DNA of 37,161 bases from Hydrurus foetidus (lineage: Eukaryota). The stretch spans positions 62,001 to 99,161 of the forward strand of contig UYFQ01000013.1 of assembly GCA_900617105.1 (NCBI GenBank). The letters run 5' to 3'. Shown here piece by piece: positions 30,624 to 37,161 of the stretch (within the stretch, counting starts at the first letter, position 1; each line of letters starts with the position of its first letter). The notes below the pieces were generated by a model. That model had not been told where the DNA came from. It saw only the letters and a list, made by a program, of their open reading frames with translations, and searched no databases. Made by a program: the position numbers and the translations under genes.

Positions 30624-31691
30624 CTATTTTATTTTCCTGTACATGATTCTATAGATCGGTAATTCTTTTTTCTGTGTTGCTATTTCTCTTTCCGTCAAAA
30701 CGTTATTAGGTGAAATATTTCCGGTCAAATTGTTTACATCGTAGCCTTCCGCAATCTCTAATTGCTCATTTTTTGAAAAATTCGCGATCATATCTTCTGT
30801 AACGTCTAATATGTCCGATTGAAGAAAAATAGTTTTTCCTACTTCTATTTGCGAAACTATTGTATTAACGAGTACTTCGTTGACAACTCTTCTTTTCTTA
30901 TGCTTTTTCTTGAAATGCGGGTCTGGAAATTGTATTGTGACCATTTCTATGGATCCTCCTATTCTTTTTAAATCACTCAAAATTCGGTCGAGATCAATAT
31001 TCGCATTCACACTTAGGAAATGGACATTCTGAAGCCCCCACTTAATCTTCCGCTGCAACGCGAATTCAACGACTGGTTTTCTAATCTCTAGTCCGACAAT
31101 GTTCCTATCAGGATTTTCTGCTGCGTACTTTAATACCCAGGTGCCTTTCGCGCAGCCAATGTCCACTACCACAGGTTTACTTGTGTCGGCAAATGCAGCT
31201 GCAACCCATTCATCCCCACCCTCCATAGGAACCAAATATCTCGATGCTAGTGGATTTACATGTTGTCTCACTTTTAATCTCAGAGATCCTTCATTGAAAG
31301 ACTTGCCTTTAAGATCTGAAGAATCATCTGTCTCATCGCCATCATCCTCATCGATATTGTCATCAGATTCTTCCAGGAGCTCCTTCATCCTCTTCTCCTC
31401 CTCACTTAATGGAATTTCCTCGTCCTCATCAATCTTATCCTCGCGGCCACTAAGACTGTTGTTTGTGAAGTCCAGTGTTCCCATACTTAGCATCATTGGA
31501 CTGCTGACAATATGTCTGCTGTTCTGTGTTGTCACAATATGATGTCGAGCTGAAGTAGCACATATAAATCTAGATCTTGCTGGAAGAAGTAAAATTCTCT
31601 GCAGCGGCTGAAACCCTCGTAGTGAAGTGCAAGTCCTGGCTATGTTCGCTGTCACTAGAAACATACAGGTCAGAGCAACTTGAATGGACAT
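30624..31691 (-). CDS. trmB: tRNA (guanine-N7)-methyltransferase TrmB, cyanobacterial/plastid type, intronless, with an N-terminal targeting-like leader
   Basis: 355-aa single ORF with KVRQHVNPL, VDIGCAKG, GLEIR, NVHFLSVNAN, IQFPDPHFKKKHKKRRVV, FLQSD and TERE motifs. A hydrophobic N-terminus is followed by an R/S/T-rich segment with no acidic residues. Confidence 0.93.
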   Translation of the reverse strand: MSIQVALTCMFLVTANIARTCTSLRGFQPLQRILLLPARSRFICATSARHHIVTTQNSRHIVSSPMMLSMGTLDFTNNSLSGREDKIDEDEEIPLSEEEKRMKELLEESDDNIDEDDGDETDDSSDLKGKSFNEGSLRLKVRQHVNPLASRYLVPMEGGDEWVAAAFADTSKPVVVDIGCAKGTWVLKYAAENPDRNIVGLEIRKPVVEFALQRKIKWGLQNVHFLSVNANIDLDRILSDLKRIGGSIEMVTIQFPDPHFKKKHKKRRVVNEVLVNTIVSQIEVGKTIFLQSDILDVTEDMIANFSKNEQLEIAEGYDVNNLTGNISPNNVLTEREIATQKKELPIYRIMYRKIK

Positions 31692-33244
31692 ATGGCTCTA
31701 ACCTCGTGATTAATGTCAAATCTTTAAAATTACGAAAAATAAGCCGAGTGGTCCTCTGCTCACGAAGACTTTGCGTTGTCAGGGATATGATTTCCTCAAC
31801 TAGCTTTGACACTTCTCACTGGTTATGTAAAATTTCTTCATCGATTCGATTGGACGCAGAACGTAGGTGTAGCAAAACTACCTATCGGCCTCCCGGTTGA
31901 ATCAGACTCAGGTATACCGTCAAGCTCCGGTACATACTGAATGAATTATGCTTTTCACCAATAGTGTGCAGCGACCTACCACTGCTGAACAACTTAATTT
32001 ATTCTTCCTCTCCTGCTCTAAATTGAAGATAGCGAGGCTTCAGTCAAAGCATGTATTTACTTTTGTTGTTGTTGTCGATAGATACAAAATGATGTACTTC
32101 TTCGAGTAAATCCGTTCCAGGGATTTATCGCGGAAGTTGCGGTCTTATTTGTTAAACGAGAATCATAATTCACGGATGTGCGTCTTCTTCCTAAGCAGCA
32201 TCTTCTCTTCAATCAATCTCAAATACTGCTTTTGGCCGATCCTTACCGCATCCCAAAAAGTCATCTCAATCCTTTTTTAAATCACATTTACCTCATGCAC
32301 TCTTTACCCATCCCAATAAGCGTATCCCCAAAAAATTGTAATTGCAAAATGAGATGAAGATTTTTATCCGGATTGCATGTTGTAAAAATTCTGAGATTTT
32401 GAGATAAAACCGATTGAAATGGTGTACAATAAATCCGGATAAATTTCAAGTAGGCAAACAGAAATGACGAGACTTCTATATTTGTTAATTCACTCATAAC
32501 TTACTTTTTAGAAATCTAAAGAAATTACAAAGATATCGGGAATGAAAATTATTTTTATTCAGCGGAAATGAATTATTTGAATTTAGAAAAACAAATAAAT
32601 TACAGGCCATTATAGAAATTCTCCCGTCCGTTTTTTTCAATTTTAGGTATGTAAGATAAAGTTTATAGGAGTATCAGTGCACAAATAATAAAATACTATA
32701 AATCAAGTAAATAAATTTCCGTCAAAAACTAAAATGAAAAATTTCAAAAAGGAAAATAAAAAGTGAAAAATAGTGAAGAGTTTAAAGTTAAAATATTGCT
32801 ATGTTAAAAAACTTAATGCACATTTTGATCATACCAGAAATATAATCAAGAATGCAAATAGAGGTAACTACGAATTTTTAAAGGAATTAAAAAAAGTTTT
32901 AGAAAAAATGAAATTGAAGTGTACACTGAAATGTTTTGATTTTGCTTTTAATTTATCAGATTTTATGAGGTTTTACTTTCGTGTCACCATTTCTTTTTGA
33001 ATCGGTTGTTTGTCAAATTCCTTTCATTACGGATGATTCTTCTTCTTCTTTTTTTATTTTTTATTTTTTTAATCTTTACTGTTGCAGCATTCGGAATCAT
33101 TATATTTGTTTTTGTCTTTTTTTAATGTATATATATCAAAAATGCGCGGCTTCGTATCTTCAGAATTTCAATTATTTTGTGTTTTGTTTCGTATTTATTT
33201 TGCATACTTTTTTTTATTTTATTTTGGGAATTTATTCCTGTATC

Positions 33245-36200
33245 TTATTTTGCGTTATCGGATGGGGTTGACGAAGCATCCGATTTATCTACGAACCCTG
33301 GACCCTGAGTTCCATGATTGACAGAGGTGGGCTGCTTATGTGGGGTAGTGGTAGTGTTGCTCATATCGTGACCGTGATTTCCATTGTTATTATTATTATT
33401 ATTATTATTATTGTTGTTCATGTTAGGATTACTATAATGATGATCTTTATTATTATTATTATTATTATTATTGTTATTGTAATTATTGTTATTATTATTG
33501 TTTCTGTCATTGTATTGGTGGTTGTTGTTATCCCTATTGTTGAAGTCATTTTTTCTCGATGCATTCATATTGCCTCTGCCTCTCCCACCCCTAATAAGAT
33601 ACACAGCAATTAAATCAGTTAAAAGTGTCGCACGATAATGATAATATATATCTGCAGCAGAACATAATACATGAGTTAGAAATATTGACAGTAAAAAACT
33701 CAAATATAAAAAAGTAAGAAATAAAAGAAAAACAAAAATAGGGAAATACCGACGAATAATTTTTGAATTTCATACAAAATTTCCAAAAATCATGACTGCA
33801 ACATAGTGAAAAGAAATAAATCAATGTATAAATGAATAAATAAATAAATAAATCAGATGATGCCATAAAAGCCTAAATAGCGGTAAGCAACAGTAAGTAA
33901 AATAATCTACATTAACAAAACTAATAGAAAAAAGACAAAGATACCTTCCGCCCTGCTGTAGTCTGGAATCTTGGCCCTGGTTCTGTCCCTGAAGGGGTGG
34001 ACCCTGGACCTGCATTCCCATCGGAACTGGCCCTTGAGGGATTCTCATCAAATTAGGATTCTAAGAAAAGAAAAAAATGAGAGGAATTAATGAGAACAAA
34101 AAGGAGGAAAACGACAAGAGGTCTAGGAGAGTAAATTAAACTTTTTACGTTTCTATTAATTTTTAATGTTATAAATCCCATTATCTGAGAAGCCAAACTT
34201 GACTCTCCCTAACAACCTCAACTAAAAAAAAGAGGGATTTTAGATGACAAATGAAAATAAAGTAATGGGCATAAAAAATGAAAATAAAGGTTTAAATGCT
34301 CTACTAAATAATCATACACACCTGAGCTAGTATTGTTCCGTTTGGTTGGAATATTCCGGCCCCAGGGGGGACCATTCCGATCATACCCGGCTGGTACATC
34401 GTGTTGTTGCCGATCATCATCACAGGGTTGTATTGACCTGGGAGGGGTGGGGGAGGGAAGGGGGTGGTGATGAGGAGAAGGAAAGTGAAGTGAGGATGGA
34501 GGGAAGGGGAGGTGGCAGGGGATGATGAAGGTGAGAGGAGGGTGAAAGGAAAGTGGAGGGAGGGAGGGAGAGAGGGAGAGGAAAAGGAAGATAGGAAACG
34601 ATGGGGAGAAGAGTGACGGGGGTGAGTGATAGGATGAGTAAAATGGAGTGGACTGAAAATGATAAAGAAATCGCTGTCAAGAATGTAGGAGAAAATACAT
34701 TTAATCAAGAATGTAATGATGAAATCTGTGTAGTGTAGAAGACGTAAGAAATCAAACAGTGCATTCGCGGTATAACACATTATAATGTTATCCTTGTTAC
34801 ACATTATAATGTTACCCTTATCACACATTATAATGCTATCCTTGTTACACATTATAATGCTATCCTTGTTACACATTATAATGTTACCCTTATAACACAT
34901 TATAATGTTACCCTTATAACACATTATAATGTTACCCTTATCACACATTATAATGTTACCCTTATAACACATTATAATGTTACCCTTATCACACATTATA
35001 ATGTTACCCTTATAACACATTGTAATGTTACCCTTCTTACCTGCAGCGGGTCCGTTCATAGGCTGGTACATGTTCTGATTTATCATTTGGGGGGGACCAT
35101 AAAACCCTGGGGTACGGGAAAGTGATTGTTTACACATTAGAAAAATAAGCTATTCCAAAAATCGTTGCAACTCCGGTAGTTATGATCCTTACTTTCACGG
35201 AAATATGGAATTTGACCGAAGCAGTGTGGTTGGATAAAATGTGCGCATGATAATGTTGTGGAAAATGGGGTTATTTTCGAAATTAATGCAATAAAAAAAA
35301 CAGTGTTTTCAACGAAAAATCTATAGCATTCATGTTAAAAAAACATTTTCTCTTAAATATTCTAATAGAAAGAAAAACAGAGTAAAAGTGTTGAGACGTA
35401 AGCAAATATAATATTTCTTCGAAGTTAATCAATTATAAAGTGATAGAATGGGTGGACATATATTAGGTGTTTTAATTGGAGATGTAATTCACCTGGACCG
35501 TTTGACATAGCTTGCTGATACATCTGGGCTGGGTGTTGAACTCCTACATAGATGAAAGGAGAGAAAGAGAAAGAGAAATAGGTAGAGGTAGAGAATGAGG
35601 TAGAGAAGATGGGATAGTGAAGGTGGAGGGAATTGCATTGTAAGTGATACGAAATATTTCCACACAATTTCTCTAAAGTGATACGCGTCCCGGCAATAAT
35701 TTTGAAAGGAAATCTATCAGACAATATTGTTCTATCTAATTCAATTCAATGCTTCTGTCGAATATTCGAAGACAATGAAACAGTGCAGTTAAAAAAAGAA
35801 AAAAACATCACTGAAATTGTTTACTCGAAAGCTTTTTTTTTAAATTCCAAGAGCACAACACAATGCAACACAATAAAACAGAACCAAGTAAACCGTAGAA
35901 TGCAACACAATGCCATACAAGACACAACGTGATAAACACAAAAATAATCGTAAAAAAAGATAAAGTAGAGTACTGAATAGAAAGTGACATGCACCTATTT
36001 ATAAAAATACGAAACAGTGTACATGAAATACAATACGAACACAAAAAGTAGTTTCTGAAGACACAATAAAAATACAAAATAATCAAATATAAAATAAATA
36101 CACAATAAATAACATTTACCGGTTGTTTGGTATTGTCCTTGGTTGTCCACCGGACCCCCCAAATTTGGACCTAAAATCCCTGGACCTGACACCACGGGAA

Positions 36201-37161
36201 TCACTCCATCCCCCTGGGGGCCCTGACCTGAGGGCGAGAAAATGATTGAATTTATATGATTAGTATTATATTAAGTTGTTAATTGTTTATCTGTACATTG
36301 TCAAGTATCCATATTTATGTTGTGCTTGTTTGCATAATATCAACACTCTCAGCATAACAGTGCTGATTACATCTGTTTGGGAGAGACAATGTACAGGATT
36401 AAAAGTACTCATTAGAGTTGTTTGATTTTCTTCACTTGTCATTTATCTGATGAATTGTTTCTATAGGTTACTCAAGATAAGTTTTCCATGATTGCTTGAT
36501 ATCATGTATGAAATAATAAATGATCATATCAAGACAGATACAAGTGGACGTGAAGATGATGTAGAAGTATAATGTAAATCTTATCAAATCATATTAAGTA
36601 GACATCTTACCCGGCACAATAATTCTGCCAAATGACTCAGTCACAAAATGAAATCAAAAATAGCAACTCATTACAATTTCCTCTATACAATGATATCACG
36701 ACAAAAATCAGCTGACGAAAGTGAATGCATTCTAACCATTCATTCCCCCTTGGTTAATTTGAAGCTGCTGAATGTGTTGATTTGGGTCGTACATCCCATT
36801 TTGGTTTTGATTTTGATTTGGTCCCAAACCTTGAAATAAAAAAAGTGAATGGAAAAAAAGAAAGTAGAAAAATGAATTACAATGTAGTGGAGGAGGAGAA
36901 CAAACACGAAAAGGAAGAACAGAAAAAAAAAAAGGGAAAAAGTCTAGAGTGGAAATTCAATCAAAACACATGACACAGGGAGAAATAAGAAGAAATAAAG
37001 AAGAAGAGAAGAGAAGAAAAGTAAGATGAGGAGTGAAATTGAGTGACAGTGGAGTTGTAGCACTTAATATAGTACGGCATTTCATTTCGTACGGACCTTG
37101 GGTCATGGGCCCTTGCTGATTCCCGTCCATCATGCCGCCTTGATTGTTGAAAAAAATATGC
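33245..37161 (-). CDS. 3' portion of a multi-exon gene encoding a Gln/Pro/Gly/Met-rich low-complexity region with RGG and poly-Asn tail; 5' part outside the window
   Basis: Exons ~37138 (or beyond the edge)-37093, 36624-36611, 36227-36120, 35543-35493, 35106-35041, 34437-34322, 34060-33945, 33590-33245. GT-AG boundaries are phase-compatible. The product ends GGRGGRGRGNMN...poly-N...PSDNAK, stop TAA. No folded domain is visible in the window. Confidence 0.72.
34771..35035. repeat. 24-bp minisatellite, 11 copies, with an internal 12-bp palindrome; intronic
   Basis: Unit ACACATTATAATGTTACCCTTATA with variants; contains ACATTATAATGT. Confidence 0.95.

Noticed and set aside
31099..31900. ORFs overlapping trmB (31099-31542 +, 31577-31900 +, 31570-31812 -)
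   Set aside because: Shadow ORFs with no recognisable motifs.
32280..33240. Short ORFs in the very AT-rich intergenic region
   Set aside because: Compositionally biased with no motifs; probably UTR and promoter sequence.

Overview
Gene-dense eukaryotic nuclear DNA: AT-rich, with spliceosomal introns and the standard genetic code. It is most likely from a flagellated ochrophyte stramenopile such as a chrysophyte. That assignment is inferred from a kinesin-9/KIF6 gene and a cyanobacterial-type TrmB with a signal-plus-transit-like leader. I reconstructed exon chains by hand, checking GT/GC-AG boundaries and phase, for seven genes: (1) a ~900-aa EF-hand plus OTU-like Cys/His-motif protein (-, 10 exons); (2) a KIF6-like kinesin-9 (-, 16 exons, 1002 aa); (3) a tyrosine aminotransferase (+, 8 exons, 755 aa) with a GC-AG intron and two large stop-free insertions that could be spliced out in frame; (4) an uncharacterised protein with a 2OG-Fe(II) oxygenase-like HxD...H...R signature (+, 2 exons); (5) an S1 plus CCHC zinc-knuckle protein like ZCCHC17/pNO40 (-, 6 exons); (6) an intronless, probably plastid-targeted TrmB (-); (7) the 3' part of a Gln/Pro/Gly/Met/Asn-rich gene (-) with a candidate 14-nt microexon. 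Introns carry many long micro- and minisatellites, almost all oriented so the sense strand lacks AG. Most entries in the ORF track are artefacts of these repeats. No rRNA, tRNA, CRISPR or transposase was recognised. I did not find an unambiguous new multi-gene system. The best leads are the TAT exitron-like inserts, the two divergent enzyme-motif proteins and the strand-biased intronic repeats.
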